Positions 1-14,246 of a DNA stretch of 64,000 nt are shown in pieces. The stretch spans positions 4,092,001 through 4,156,000 of the forward strand of contig CAVNZM010000014.1 of NCBI GenBank assembly GCA_963693365.1, written 5' to 3'. Each line of letters starts with the position of its first letter. Positions within the stretch are counted from its first letter, which is position 1. The translations under genes were made by a program, and so were the position numbers. The notes beneath the pieces were generated by a model. The model had not been told where the DNA came from. It made no database searches and saw only the letters and a list, made by a program, of their open reading frames with translations. This DNA is from Amoebidium appalachense (Eukaryota; Protista; Ichthyosporea).

Positions 1-1240
1 TATATGCCCGTATATGGTAATATGTAATATGCTGGCCTATATGCCCATATATGGTAGCATGCTGGCCTAGGCGCCCATACATTGTAACATTCTTCCCTAT
101 GCGTAATGGAGACGTGTTGGGCTATTACCATATATAGAGGTTGAGGCAGAACACGGCAACCTATGCCCATGTATGGAGGTATGCAGGTAGCGGCAAGCTA
201 TGCTGGCCGTTACCCGTCGTATGTGGCACGTTGGCGTTATGCCATGTATGTATATGCAGACTGGCTGGCTGGCCCACACGATGGTGGGTGCTGGCCAACC
301 CCTTCAGTTAGACATTTTATGTCATGATGCAATTTATGTGAGTGCCAATCCTACGGTTTGTTTCTCCATGTTTTACCACTGAGAAAATCCGGCCCTTCAG
401 TTGGCGGATGTGTGTCTGCACTATGTGACAACGTTGCCAACGTGTGCATGTGCAATACAGTGAGCTATCTTGTGGGGAGCCTCGGCATGCACTGCACCGG
501 TGACGCAGCTGGACGTGTGCCTTGGCCTGCATGGTCTGCACTGGGTGGCTGCCCTCTCGTGTATTCCCACAACGACTAGCTGGTACATGTGTGCTTCAAG
601 GTGCCTGCTCGTGCATATGTATATGTACATATGGGGCGCCTGCACCTTAAGGGCACATGCATTGAGCCATTAACTGCACCTTAAGGGCACATGCATTGAG
701 CCATTAACTGCACATCCTAGCGCTGTTCTGTGGCATTATGTCTGCACGGCAAATTCAGCGGTGGGCTTAGTGGAGGGCACATGCACATACTGTACTGCCG
801 CTAATATAATTGCGCGATATACATGACGAGATAAAATTTAACTGCCCTGCATGCATATGTGCCACACTACATGCCACATGCAGGCACATGAACATCAGCG
901 CACACAAATTCTGTGGTGCGGTGGCCACGGGCCGCACGAGCTTGTGCAGACGTGCACATACATCATATTCGATCACCCGTCCAATGCGGGTCCCCACCCG
1001 TGGCCCTGTCTACAGCCCCTGGGCCACTGTGCTCACGTTCACCGGTATCCGTGTTTGGACTTCCGCATTGAATGCGTGACAAATCACTAGCCAACACTGT
1101 GTGTCTGTCTGTGTGTCTGTCTGTGTGACGTATGAGCCCAATGGCTGGCCATGCTGTCACTTTGGGGCATGTTGGCAGGTGTTGTGTTCACGTCAGCTGT
1201 CACCATGCCCTATGGTGCTGTGCTGGGCACTAAAGGCCCA

Positions 1241-1380
1241 ACCTGTCATGTGCCCGTGGTCTGCAGCTGTGACGTCACCATGTGCTGTCAGGGCCCCAAC
1301 GTGGCCTGTGCCCATGCACACGTGCATGGCCCCGGCCAGTTGGGGCCAGCAGGCTGGGGCCCGTGGGACTTTAAAAGGCA
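1241..1380 (+). promoter_or_regulatory. Conserved upstream block of ML copy 1 (CRE TGACGTCA at 1270-1277, TATA-like TTTAAAAG near 1370); homologous block at about 7193-7330
   Basis: About 130 bp near-identical upstream of both copies (CRE at 7222-7229, CATAAAAG near 7320) while flanking sequence diverges. Confidence 0.5.
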
Positions 1381-1513
1381 AAGGGGAGGGAGAACCAATT
1401 CTCAAATACCCGCTCAGTTGTTACAATAGCATATTGCCACCCACTTAGTCACCAAATATTCACCTTAGCTAATTATAGACCCACCCATCCACCCACTCTA
1501 TTAATCCACGGCC

Positions 1514-3143
1514 ATGCACGTGTCTGCTGCCTCCCTGCTGGCCCTGGCTGCCGTGGCCACGGCACAGGCCCCCTGGTGGGTGCCTGCACGTGCATGTGCT
1601 TGCTGGGCATGGAGACAAACATCAAGTGCACACACACTGCACGCACTCTAGAACACTGTGTTCCCGTTATAGCACACTTCACACTGCATCATAGTCTCAT
1701 GCACTCAATAGAGAGAGACCATTGTAGCATACTTTGTTCTCACTGTGGCACGCTGTGTTGTCACTGTGGCACGCTGTGTTCTCACTGTGGCACACTGTGT
1801 TCCCAATGTGGCACGCTGTGTTCTCACGTGGCGTGCAGGTACACGACCAGCTGCCGGACCAGCGAGGACCACCTGCAGCTGCAGGCCATCACCCCCACAG
1901 CCCTCAGCCCCGTGCCCGGCCAGCCAATCAAAGTGGTGCGTGCCAAATTGCCGTGCCCAAACATCATTGCATGCCCTCCATGCATTGCTCAGACCCTATA
2001 TGAATAATCCCCCCCCCCCCCCCCCCCCCCTGCCCCCGCCCCCGCTACACACACACATCATGTAACTGCCCACAACCCCCCACCTGGCATGCCTTAATTG
2101 CTTTTGCATAGACTAGTATAGTGTGTGCAGCCAGTAGCCTTGCGGCCAATAGCCTTGCAGCCAATGGCCTTGTAGCCAATGGTCTTGCAGCCAGTAGCCT
2201 TGCGGCCAATAGCCTTGCGGCCAATAGCCTTGCGGCCAGTAGCCTTGCGGCCAGTAGCCTTGCAGCCAATAGCCTTGCAGCCAATAGCATTGCAGTCAAT
2301 AGCCTTGCAGCCAATAGCCTTGCAGCCAATAGCCTTGCAGCATGCTAACACCCACACAGAGGGTGCAGGGCACGGCCAGCAGCGCGCTGCCGCAGGTGTT
2401 CCTTGCGTACCGGCTGGCCCACAACGGCAGCCCCACGGCCGCAACGGGCCGCATCCCCCTGTGCGACGGCGCCCTCAGCGTGCCCTGCCCCATCCCCGCC
2501 GGCAGAGTCGATGCCAACCTCACAGGTGCACACACTGCCTGACCACACCACCCACCACCACACACCCTGCAGTGCACTAGGCATCCCTCCTGCCTTACCC
2601 ACCATCTCCCCCCCCCCCCCCCCTCCCCGCACACACACCCCATGCCCCCTGGCCCTCCCCTGTCTGCCCACGCCACTCCCCCTGACCCTCCCTTTCCCTA
2701 ACCCTCCCTTTCCCTGACCCCCCTCCCCCCCCCCCCCCTCCCCCCCCCCCCCCCCCCCCCCCCCCCAGTTGTTGTGCCATCGACGCTGCGGCTGACGATG
2801 CAGGACCTGACGCAGTTTGGGGTGCCGGGGGGCATTGCCAGCAACCTGCTGCCGGGGTTTGCCCTGCAGACCATCCCCCTCAGCCCCGGCGACAGGCTTA
2901 CAGGTGTGTGGGGGAGGAGGGGCCGGGGGGGGAGGGTGGGTGGAGGGGGGTAGGGGGGGCAGGGGGAGGGGGGCGGGGGTGTATGCAGGGATGGGCCCAA
3001 GTCTCAAGAGTGCTGGAAGGGATAAGGTTGATGTAGCAGGCCACAGTGAGTACTTTGCCGGGGGGGGGGGGAGGGGCAGGGGAGGAGGATGTATTTCGAT
3101 ACTAGGGCCACCGGTGGACTTTGGGATATGGTGAGGGGGGGAA

Positions 3144-3175
<32 letters not shown>

Positions 3176-4269
3176 CCAGGAGGATAGGGAACATGGGGTG
3201 TGGTCTTGGGATGTGCAGGGCGGCAGCTGATGGTGTGTGCGCAGGGGAAGTGCGTGTGCTGACGGACAGCGATGAGCCGGTGACCTGCCTCAGTGTGGAC
3301 CTGACCATGGCCAACGCCACAGGTGCACACAGTGAATGCACTGGCACAGGCACTGGCACTGGCACAGGCATGCACATGCACATGCATATGCAACACAAAG
3401 GCACAAGCATGCACACAGGCACAAGCATGCACGCAGGCACAGGCATGCCCACAGGCACATGCATGCACAGGCACACACATGCATGGATGTGGCCATGTAC
3501 ACCAAGACAGTGTGGTGGCACAATCGGGAAGAGAGACACACTTGCACGTAGTCTGCCAAGTAAAGCCCTCGTGCACACGGACACACACACGTGAAGCAGT
3601 AAAGACCCAGTGGCCCAAGTGGCATGCAGTGCAGTAGCACACAAACAACTCACACCCCCCCCAGATCCCAGCAGCACAGCACCCACGGCCCAAGTACCCG
3701 TACGGTTCCCTGTGGCAGGTATGCCTGCATGTGCATGTGTAACTATGCCTGCACTGTGTCGGTAAATGTGTGCGCTTGCAGATCATCATGATACATGCAC
3801 GTGTATGTATATGCCCACACGTGCATGCCCATGTGCCCTGCCGCAGGTATGCCGGCACGTGCATGTACATGCCTGCGCATGCATGGTGGATTGCTGACTG
3901 GGTGGCTTCACGCAGGGGCCAACACGGAGGGCAGCGCCAATGCAGCCGACAGCAGCGCCATGGCCGACCAGAGCAAGGTGCCTGCCTGCCGTGTGCATGC
4001 CCGCAAACTTGGACAGATGCAGGCACTGCCTGTTGCATTATCCCCATGTGCTGCCTGTTGCGCTGGAGTGTAGGATGCCCGTCTGTCACACACATCACCT
4101 TCAGTATCAATTTAACCCATTTGCCTTACCAACCTCCCGCCCCCTATATCCCACGCATGCACTGACACCAATTTACCTGCAGGCAGCCGCCTCGTCTGCA
4201 GCCCCCCGCGGCCTCAGCAGGGCCCTTATGGCCGGCGCCATGCTGCTGCCCTGCGCCCTGGCCCTCTGA
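1514..4269 (+). CDS. Secreted ML-domain (MD-2/NPC2/PG-PI transfer protein-like) lipid-binding protein with probable GPI-anchor signal, copy 1 (7 exons, about 228 aa)
   Basis: GT-AG exons 1514-1575, 1839-1935, 2360-2525, 2769-2903, 3245-3322, 3916-3977, 4183-4269 splice in frame. Signal peptide MHVSAASLLALAAVATAQA; ML-like motifs C...LQLQAITPTALSPVPGQPIKV, LCDGALSVPCPIPAG, DEPVTCLSVDL (4 Cys); Ser/Ala linker; hydrophobic tail ALMAGAMLLPCALAL-stop. Confidence 0.8.
1735..1826. repeat. 21-bp intronic minisatellite (CACTGTGGCACGCTGTGTTCT); longer version at about 7681-7815
   Basis: Tandem copies visible in intron 1 of both ML genes, with different copy numbers. Confidence 0.85.
2126..2340. repeat. 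15-bp intronic minisatellite (GCCAATAGCCTTGCA)n
   Basis: About 14 tandem copies in intron 2 of ML copy 1; source of the LQPIA/AANSL/CKAIG pseudo-ORFs. Confidence 0.9.
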
Positions 4270-4337
4270 GCCCCCAGGCCTATAAATAGTGTACATACCG
4301 GGCCAAGCCCTCTAAATAGCAACCGAATAAAACCACG

Positions 4338-4655
4338 TGGGGCCCTGGTGGTCCCCCCCATACACCATCATCATCCATTCATTTCCATATTGCCCATCCA
4401 GCGTGCACCACACTGTATAAACATATCCCTCACAAACACACACACACGAACACAAACACACAAACATGCACACACATGCAAACACGCGCGGCGACACACA
4501 CGGGGCCCTGGTGGTCCCCCCCATACACCATCATCATCCATTCATTTCCATATTGCCAATCCAGTGTGCACCACACTGTATAAACATATCCCTCACAAAC
4601 ACACACACACGAACACGAAACACACAACATGCACACACATGCAAACACGAGCGGC

Positions 4656-4660
<5 letters not shown>
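4338..4660. repeat. About 165-bp direct tandem duplication downstream of ML copy 1
   Basis: GGGGCCCTGGTGGTCCCCCC(C)ATACACCATCATCATCCATTCATTTCCATATTGCC... starts at about 4339 and again at about 4502. Confidence 0.8.
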
Positions 4661-4716
<56 letters not shown>

Positions 4717-5138
4717 CAGCACTCACGCCCTGTGTGACACACACACACATAATGCACACACCCAGCACACACATGCAAACACTGATACTCAGCAGACACA
4801 TACATGTAGGTAAGCACGAACACAACACACTCTTTGGGCACCGCACCACCACCACACACACAAGCAATCAGGCAGACACACACGCAACCACATACACACA
4901 TAAAATGCAGAAAATGTAGAACCGAGCCATGCCTGAAGTCTTTCCTTCCCTTTCTCTCTCAACCCCTCTAATTCTCCCTCTCCCTCTTTCTTTCGACTCT
5001 GGCCACACACAACCCAAATGCACATCTACCCAATTGCAGCCCCCCCCCCCCCCCCCCCCCCCCCCCTTCTCTCCTCCCCCCTTCCATCATCCCAATCCCC
5101 GCCTCCCCCTTCCCCCCACCCCAAATGCCTAGACACAG

Positions 5139-5177
<39 letters not shown>

Positions 5178-5676
5178 ACACACACACCCACCCCCCCAAA
5201 TATTCCCCCAAACACACATATGCAGCCAAACTGCCAGCAAAACAAAAAAAAAAGAATCATCTTGTCATGAGGAGAACACAACACTGCCACCTGGAAGAGA
5301 AAAAAGGGGAACCCAGAATCTGATATGAATTTCGGCTTTGCCGTGGTGTGGCAAGCAGATTAAATGGCAGGAAATGTCCGGTCATACATTGGCGGGCTGA
5401 TGGTGTGGTCGGCACCAAGATCACACAGCCAGCATGACGTCACGGTGTGGCCAGAGAGAGAAAGAACACGTGGCCGTGTGACGACCCACGGTCTGGGCCC
5501 AAGCACAGCCCTGGCTCAGAGCGGTGCACCAAACACACAGACTCAGCTCCGCATAAACACACAGGCTCCTATCTCGAGTGCGTAAGAATGCACCACCTTA
5601 CCCCTCCCCCCCCCCCCCCCCCTCCCTCCCCTTCTGAATCCCCCTTTCCCAAGGTGCTCAGATTCTTGGAAATACT

Positions 5677-5775
<99 letters not shown>

Positions 5776-7458
5776 TCTACGGTGCACTCTCAAAAAGCCC
5801 TTAAGAGCTATTATGACTTGATTTGGCTGATGTTTCACCTTCGGCCAGCCAGGGCATGTGGGTTTACCCCTGACGGTATCAATACCTCGACATTTGACGT
5901 TGAACAAAAACACACTGGCTCCTTGGTGGCTAGTTGGCCTAGTATCATAACGGCTACAAGCATACAGTGTGAACGTGAACTGTTATTCCGTGGAGTGTGT
6001 GGCATGCGTTCATCCACACTACCCAAGGTCTATCGGCAGCCACACCAACAGTAGCTGCTTTCTGCTTCCACTCAAGATTTTGCACACTGTGACACACTGG
6101 CACATACTTATGGCATCAGAACCGGTGCTTGTCTGATTAAAAAGGCAAAAGATATCTAAAATGCAAATAGAATCATAAAGTTGAATGACATGTGGAAGCG
6201 CAGAAATCCCCTCCCCCCCCCCCCCCCCTCCTCTCCCCCCAATCACGTCACTGGTGGAGGCCTTCAGATTTAAGCACCGTGATTGCATTGGTAATTCAGA
6301 GTGGCTGGTGGTGCACATCGGTTCTTTTTTTTAACCCACTGCTGGAACAAGATAGGGCTTCCATGAAACCCTTCCCCCCCTCCCCCCCCCCCCCCCTCCC
6401 CCCTTCCCCCCCCCTCCCCCCCCCCCCCCGGGCACACATACGCACCCGATAAAGCGGCTCCAGAAATGCCCCCAACTATCCCCTGCATATGGATAACCGA
6501 AAAAGGAAATCGAGAAACCACCCGTCACTACAGATAGAGCTTGGGTCGGATCGAACACCATTGTATGACATATGAGCCCATAACGAACAGCTAACCGCCC
6601 CCTCCTCCCAACCCCTCCCCCCTCTCCCCCTCCCACCACCACCACCCTCCACCCCCTTCCCCCGTGGCCCCTAGCTTGATGGCCAGCCTATAGGCGAGAT
6701 ACCAATGGCTAACTGATAGTATATCAAATTATTTGAACAAGGAGCGGGGCTGGTGCCGGAGTCACTGTAATCAAAAGAAAAAGAATAAGCTATAATAGTA
6801 ATTGTAATATTGGTGATTTGTGGCAGCAGTTATAAATTATAATTACTGGAAGTGGAGTGGTCGCAGTAGTTTTATTATTTGGTTTAGTAACGACGATGGT
6901 GGTAAGCAAACAGCAGCCCGAAAAATAGTTATAGCATCAATAGAATAACAAGAGGCGGGGGAATCACGACTCGAACACGGTAGATTTCTTAAGGTAGGTT
7001 CGCTCTCACGGTGTGGCCCTTCGTTTCCCCAATCTGTAACATTGGGAGGTGCTGAGGGGGTTAACCGGGCATGGCGTGTATGTATGTGCCGCTGTGATCC
7101 GACATTCCTATTAGCACCCCGAGGTCACTGATTGGCCAATGTACTGTCGGCAGGAAAATCAGTGGGCTGGATGCTTGTGTGAGTGCCCACGTACCTGTCA
7201 TGTGTCCGTGGTCTGCAGCTGTGACGTCACCATGTGCTGTCAGGGCCCCAACGTTGCCTGTGCCCATGCACGTGCATGGCCCCGGCCAGTTGGGGCCAGC
7301 AGGCTGGGGCCCGTGGGACCATAAAAGCAAGGGGCCCAAATACCCACCCAGTATTATTACTATCACATACCACCCAACCAGCCATTAGTACTAACACTGC
7401 CATCCAGCCATTAGCACTAGTACTGCCACTTACACACCCACTCTACTAATCCACGGCC

Positions 7459-8041
7459 ATGCACGTGTCTGCTGCCTCCCTGCTGGCCCTGGCTGCCGTG
7501 GCCACGGCACAGGCCCCCTGGTGGGTGCCTGCACGTGCATGTGCTTGCTGGGCATGGAGACAAACATCAAGTGCACACACACTGCACGCACTTTAGAACA
7601 CTGTGTTCCCGTTATAGCACACTGCACACTGCATCATAGTCTCATGCACTCCATAGAGAGAGACCATTGTAGCATACTTTGTTCTCACTGTGGCACGCTG
7701 TGTTGTCACTGTGGCACGCTGTGTTCTCACTGTGGCACACTGTGTTCCCAATGTGGCACGCTGTGTTCTCACTGTAGTACACTGTGTTCCCAATGTGGCA
7801 CACTGTGTTCTCACGTGGCGTGCAGGTACACGACCAGCTGCCGGACCAGCGAGGATCACCTGCAGCTGCAGGCCATCACCCCCACAGCCCTGAGCCCCGT
7901 GCCCGGCCAGCCAATCAAAGTGGTGCGTGCCAAATTGCCGTGCCCACCCATCACTGCATGCCCTCCTGCCTATCCTCTTGACATGTCTTATCTCCCCTTC
8001 CCTTCCCCACCTTCCTCGGGTTTGTCCCCCTTCCCTCCCTC

Positions 8042-8073
<32 letters not shown>

Positions 8074-8741
8074 ACCACCACCACCATGCCAATATCCTCG
8101 CAGCCAATATCCTTGCAGCCAAAAGCATTGCAGCCAGTAGCCTTGCAGCCAATAGCCTTGCAGCCAACGGCCTTGCAGCCAAAAGCGTTGAGCCAATAGC
8201 CTTGCAGCCAATAGCCTTGCAGCCAGTAGCCTTGCAGCCAATAGCCTTGCAGCCAATGGCTTTGCAGCCAAAAGCGTTGCAGCCAAAAGCGTTGCAGCCA
8301 ATAGCCTTGCAGCCAATAGCCTTGCAGCCAATAGCCTTGCAGCCAATAGCCTTGCAGCATGCTAACACCCAATCAGAGGGTGCAGGGCACGGCCAGCAGC
8401 GCGCTGCCGCAGGTGTTCCTTGCGTACCGGCTGGCCCACAACGGCAGCCCCACGGCCGCAACGGGCCGCATCCCCCTGTGCGACGGCGCCCTCAGCGTGC
8501 CCTGCCCCATCCCCGCCGGCAGAGTCGATGCCAACCTCACAGGTGCACACACTGCCTGACCACACCACCCACCACCACACACCCTGCAGTGCACTATGCA
8601 TCCCTCCTGCCTTACCCCCCCCCCCTCCCCCCTCCCCCCCGCCCTCGCGGCACACACACCCCATGCCCCCTGGCCCCCCCCTGTCTGCCCACGCCACTCC
8701 CCCTGACCCTCCCTTTCCCTAACCCTCCCTTTCCCTGACCC

Positions 8742-8781
<40 letters not shown>

Positions 8782-10253
8782 AGTTGTTGTGCCATCGACG
8801 CTGCGGCTGACGATGCAGGACCTGACGCAGTTTGGGGTGCCGGGGGGCATTGCCAGCAACCTGCTGCCGGGGTTTGCCCTGCAGACCATCCCCCTCAGCC
8901 CCGGCGACAGGCTCACAGGTGCGTGGGGGGAGAGGGGCCCAGGGGGAGGGAGGGTGGGTGCAGAAGGGGGGGGGGGGGGAGGGAAAGCGAGGGGTATGTT
9001 TTGGGGAAGAGCAGCAAAGGGGTGTGCTTTTGGGGATGTGCAGGGCGGCAGCTGACTGTGTGTGCGCAGGGGAGGTGCGTGTGCTGACGGACAGCGATGA
9101 GCCGGTGACCTGCCTCAGTGTGGACCTGACCATGGCCAACGCCACAGGTGCACACAGTGAATGCACAGGCACATGCACAGGCACATGCATGCACAGGCAT
9201 ATGCATATGCAACACACAGGCACAATCATGCACACAGGCACAAGCATGCACGCAGGCACAGGCACACACACAGGCACACACATGCACATAGGCACAAGCA
9301 TGCACACCAGGCACACGCATGCACACCAGGCACACGCATGCACACAGGCACACGCATGCACACAGGCACATGCATGCACACAGGCACACGCATGCACATG
9401 AACACACAGGCACATGCACGCACAGTGTGGCCATGAGGTAAACACAGTGTGGTGGCATATCCGGGCACACAGAGGGCACACACCTGTTGGCACGTGAAAC
9501 AGCTATGCCCACCGACACACACATAAAGCAGTAATCAATGAATCAAGGGGCATGCAGAAGGTGTTGCACACAAACACTCACACCACCCCCCAGATCCCAG
9601 CAGCCCGGCACCCACGACACAAGTTCCCGTGCGCTTCCCTGTGGCAGGTATGCCTGCACGTGCATGTGTATGCCTGCACGTGCATGTGTGTGCCTGCACG
9701 TGCATGTGTATGCCTGCACGTGCATGTGTGTGCCTGCACGTGCATGTACATGTACCCTGTGAGTTTGGACCTAACCTTGGGTTGCATTGTTTGTGGCTGA
9801 CTGGGTTACTTCACGCAGGGGCCAACACGGAGGGCAGCGCCAATGCAGCCGACAGCAGCGCCATGACCAACCAGAACAAGGTGCCTGCCTGCTGTGTGCA
9901 TGCCCACACACTGTTGGACAGATGCAGACCCACCCTATTGCATGGTCCCATCTTGCGCTTGTTCGGATGGAATATGCAGACACCCCCACCTTTCCTTGAA
10001 CCTTTTGGCCATCCCTCGCCCCCCCCCCCCCCCCCCCCCCCCCCCCCCTACACCCCCTTCCCTGTCTCCCCGGCCCCTGCCCCCCTCCCCCCTCCCCCCT
10101 CCCCCCCCCCCCCAAAAAAAAAACAAAAAAAACACAACATATGCACTGACTCATGTTTCCTTGCAGGCAGCCGCCTCGTCTGCAGCCCCCCACGGCCTCA
10201 GCAGGGCCCTTGTGGCCGGCGCCATGCTGCTGCCCTGCGCCCTGGCCCTCTGA
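7459..10253 (+). CDS. ML-domain lipid-binding protein with probable GPI-anchor signal, copy 2 (tandem paralog)
   Basis: Same 7-exon structure as 1514-4269. ML exons differ only at synonymous sites; amino-acid changes are confined to linker and tail (ADQSK>TNQNK, PRG>PHG, LMAG>LVAG). Confidence 0.8.
8088..8357. repeat. 15-bp intronic minisatellite (GCCAATAGCCTTGCA)n, paralogous array
   Basis: About 18 copies in intron 2 of ML copy 2, with variant units (GCCAAAAGCGTTGCA). Confidence 0.9.
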
Positions 10254-11035
10254 GTCCCCCAGGCCTTTAAATAGTGTACATACCGGGCCAAGCCCCATAA
10301 ATAGCAACGTTGAATAAATCCACGCAGGGCCCTGGTGGTCTTCCCCCCCCCCACCCCCCCCCCAAACACCTTTATAATGTACGTCATTATGGTGGCCGTC
10401 CGGATCAAGATTGCACTCCACCACTGTACATCTTAGCATCCATACACACACACACAAACAATACACAAATACAAACACACACACACGCACACACATACAC
10501 TCTCAAACCGTACCGTAACACACAATCACACCTACCCACACACACACACTCTTTGTCTATCACACATCCACCACCACACAAACACCCATACACACACACA
10601 AACAGTTAGTAGACAAACACAAGCCGGAACACACACACACACACACACACACACGGACACACACGGACACACACACACACACATACACACAGGCATTGTG
10701 GCTTACCCCTCTCTCTCACGGAAACACAAATTGACAAACACAACTACACAAATCAACCATACCAACATACATATGACGTTACTACACACCGTCATCCCCC
10801 ATCCCCCCCCCCTCCCCCCATCCCCCCCCCCCCATCCCCCTCCCCCCTCCCTCTCCCCTGGCGACAAATTCCCACACCACAAAACACACACACGTCATAC
10901 ACCATAGAGAGACACACCGTGCAGGATGATAAACGTACCTCCCCGTTCAAAATGCTAACACTCTCCGAAACATCACAGCAATAAAGAAAGACCACATCCG
11001 TTCCACACAAAATGACAAAAGTACATGCCATGTAA

Positions 11036-11068
<33 letters not shown>

Positions 11069-11105
11069 ACACACACACACCAACCAGCCACCCGCCCACC
11101 CACCA

Positions 11106-11166
<61 letters not shown>

Positions 11167-11320
11167 GACACAGACACACACACACACACACACACACAGA
11201 CACAGACACAGACACAGACACACAGACACACACACACACACACACAGACAGACGCAGACACACACACATACACACAGACAGACACAGACACAGACACACA
11301 CATACACACAGACAGACACA

Positions 11321-11374
<54 letters not shown>

Positions 11375-12020
11375 ACACACACACACACGTAACATGCCAC
11401 ATAAAAACATATTGGGGCACACGCACAGCACACCCCAGCACATCACCGCGAACCTGCCTATATCAATCGGCACCCATCCGCTTCTTCTCCGTGAACCATA
11501 GTTTAATCACCACAAATGCTGCCCAATTGGTGCAAAACTATGCCTCCCCGCATTAATTTTTTTCCTCCCCCTTGGTGGTGGTGGTGGTGGTGGTGGTGGT
11601 GGTGGTGGTGGTGGTGGTGGTGGTGGTGGTGGTGGGGGGGGGGGGGGGGGGGGGGGGGGGGGAGGAACCTATTTCCACACTACTTCATATCGGATTGTGG
11701 TCAAAACCCACAGTTCTTCGTGCTATTGGATTGGGGGCACCCATTATGGACTGAGGGCCTGGCCTGTACACAAACCCCAATGCACCACCAGACTGCCCAC
11801 TTGCACACATGCAGTGTCCACGGTAGCACTTATGTGTGAGCCAACGGCGCCATGTTCACTGTGCCGCCATGGCATAGTATTCCACCACATTGTGCAATAT
11901 GCTATCCCATCCACCCATCCCCCCTCCACACACAACCACACAAGTACAAACAAACACACACACACACACACACCCCACCCACCCACCCACCCACCCACCC
12001 ACCCACCCACCCACCACACA

Positions 12021-12058
<38 letters not shown>

Positions 12059-14210
12059 GACATCGTCACGCACATACACATGCCCACACACACCACACGG
12101 ACATGACTTCACTCTACCCACCCACCCACACCACCATACAAATATCATCGGTTCGACAGTGGGCATGGCGGGCAGGCTGGTGGACGTGCAGGACCTAACT
12201 CTGATGACACCAAGCCCACACGTATACACATGCACACGCATAGGCACACACACACACGCACACACACACACACACATACAAAACCAACAGACAGACACGT
12301 ACCAACGTTCGCACACACACTCACGTACACACACACACAACACACAACAGTCGAATCAAAAACCTCAATTGAAGGAGATGTCAAGAGGTACTTGAATACA
12401 AGTACAACTTATGATCATGAAATTCTGCAACCATTGCCACTTCGACTACTTGCCCCAACCCTCTGGAGGCCAGTCGGTAGCCTGCTCCGAGCAAGGCAAA
12501 AAAAATCTGCAATTTTGACTGGGCTTGTCAACATGATCATGCACGGGGAGAATCCCCCCCCAACACACACAAAACACCCACCCACCCCCCACACCCACCC
12601 ACCCACCCACCCCAAAAACATCCACCCAAACTCACTCACCCCACCACCACACGGAGGAAGGAGAGATTGGGGGGGAGGGAGGGGGAAAAGAGGAGCCACT
12701 ACAACCTTTGAATACGAACCAAGCTCTTCATTCCTTTAATAAATACTCGTCAACTCGCACATCCGGTGAGATGCTATGTACTACATCACATATCTACACA
12801 CACCCGTTCTGTGGGTGCATCACCTGGCTAAATACTCTATGTATAGCGTTACATTCATACGCTCGTTCATGCTCCGAAATCTTGACAGGCTCTTACACAG
12901 AATGTCAAACTGATGCAAGTGCACACAGTGATGGACAAGCACTCGCAAGGTCATAATGGAGATCTGGGGAAAAGAAAAAAAGAAAACCGGCAAGGGACCC
13001 AGAAGAAGAACATAAGTGCAAATCGCTATCACGGTTCATTATACATCCAAACATTCGATGATCCTCCTCCGTGTGGGCTGCCAGTGATGCAACTGGGCGT
13101 AGCGACAGACAAGTGCCTCAGCACCTTCCTCATTGGTAGAGGCTCCAAAAAGCAAAAATCATGCAAGCGAGCGCGTAGTAGAGCATACGTGCCATTCACT
13201 AGCTCGCCACCTGTCAAACCCAGGCATCAGTCATCGATAGATTATCCTCAGACCGCCAGGCCCTAGCCCACCAGGTGTGCGCTGGCCAGGATAGCACGTG
13301 TGCAGAGAAACTTGCCCACGTCCGCATCTCTCTCCTCCCTCCCATGCCCCTCCCCCACCCCCGCATCTTTCTCCTGCACCACACACTCGATCTGTGCTGG
13401 CTGCTTGGCGACCCAGACCGTCTGCTGCAGGGTGTGGGGTGGGCCTAGCACCGTGCGAAAAAAAAAGCGCCACGTTCGGAGTGCAGCCACGAACAATGGG
13501 GTCTGGCTGGAGTCCCAGCGGTAGGCTGGGCCGCTCTGGTTGCTTGGTTGCCAAGGTCACGCCTGTGAGTACCATTTTCAATACGCGCGTAATATCGCCA
13601 CTAAAGGCTATTCTTGTTGTGTTGGCACACTGCACTCGGTTTGAACACAATTATTCGGAGTTATACTTACGGTTTCGTTTTAGGCTTGTTGCGTGCAGTG
13701 GAAAAAATAGAACGAAAATGACAGAGTAACGGCTGATATATGGGTATCAGTTAACATTTTAGTCTGTGATAAATAGCAAATAGAAATAGCGCTTTAGAGT
13801 CATGAATTGGCCATGAGAAACCACGAATGTAGACCGCGCATAGTAAACTATTTGTCCTCACAGAGTAATTACAAAAAAATGTCGCATTTATCATTAATCT
13901 TTTATTTAAGATACATTGGCAATTACTGTCTAGATGTCCGTCAAACACAAGCAGGATTTACACCCACTCTGGAGCCACCGAGGTCGGCCACTCAACCTAG
14001 CCAGCACGCCAGCTCTTTGCCAATCACCTCCGGCTCACACGGTTTCGTGTTGCCGCACGTTTTCGCATCATGATTGGCCAGAACTTTCCGCGCTTTCGCC
14101 ATGAGCCACTTGTCTGCCGGCAGCGTGACAGTGTCCGGCTCCTCGGGCCGGCCACCCGCGCCGATACTTGCTCCTCAGTCAAGCCTGCCTCAATCGGGTC
14201 ACGTGTGTGT

Positions 14211-14246
<36 letters not shown>

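Noticed and set aside
641-712. 34-bp perfect tandem duplication; also degenerate repeats at 1-100 and a duplicated segment at about 22454 and 22832
   Set aside because: Local slippage duplications with no further structure.
6957-7030. tRNA-like segment on the minus strand (GGGGAA...GTTCGAGTC...TTCCCC, about 74 nt)
   Set aside because: Acceptor-like ends and a B-box-like motif are present, but the T-stem pairs poorly and no D-arm or anticodon arm can be folded; at most a relic.
11850-11900. Trypsin-like CGG motif (HIAQCGGILC) on the minus strand
   Set aside because: Followed by a stop, with no TAAHC or GDSGG motif nearby.
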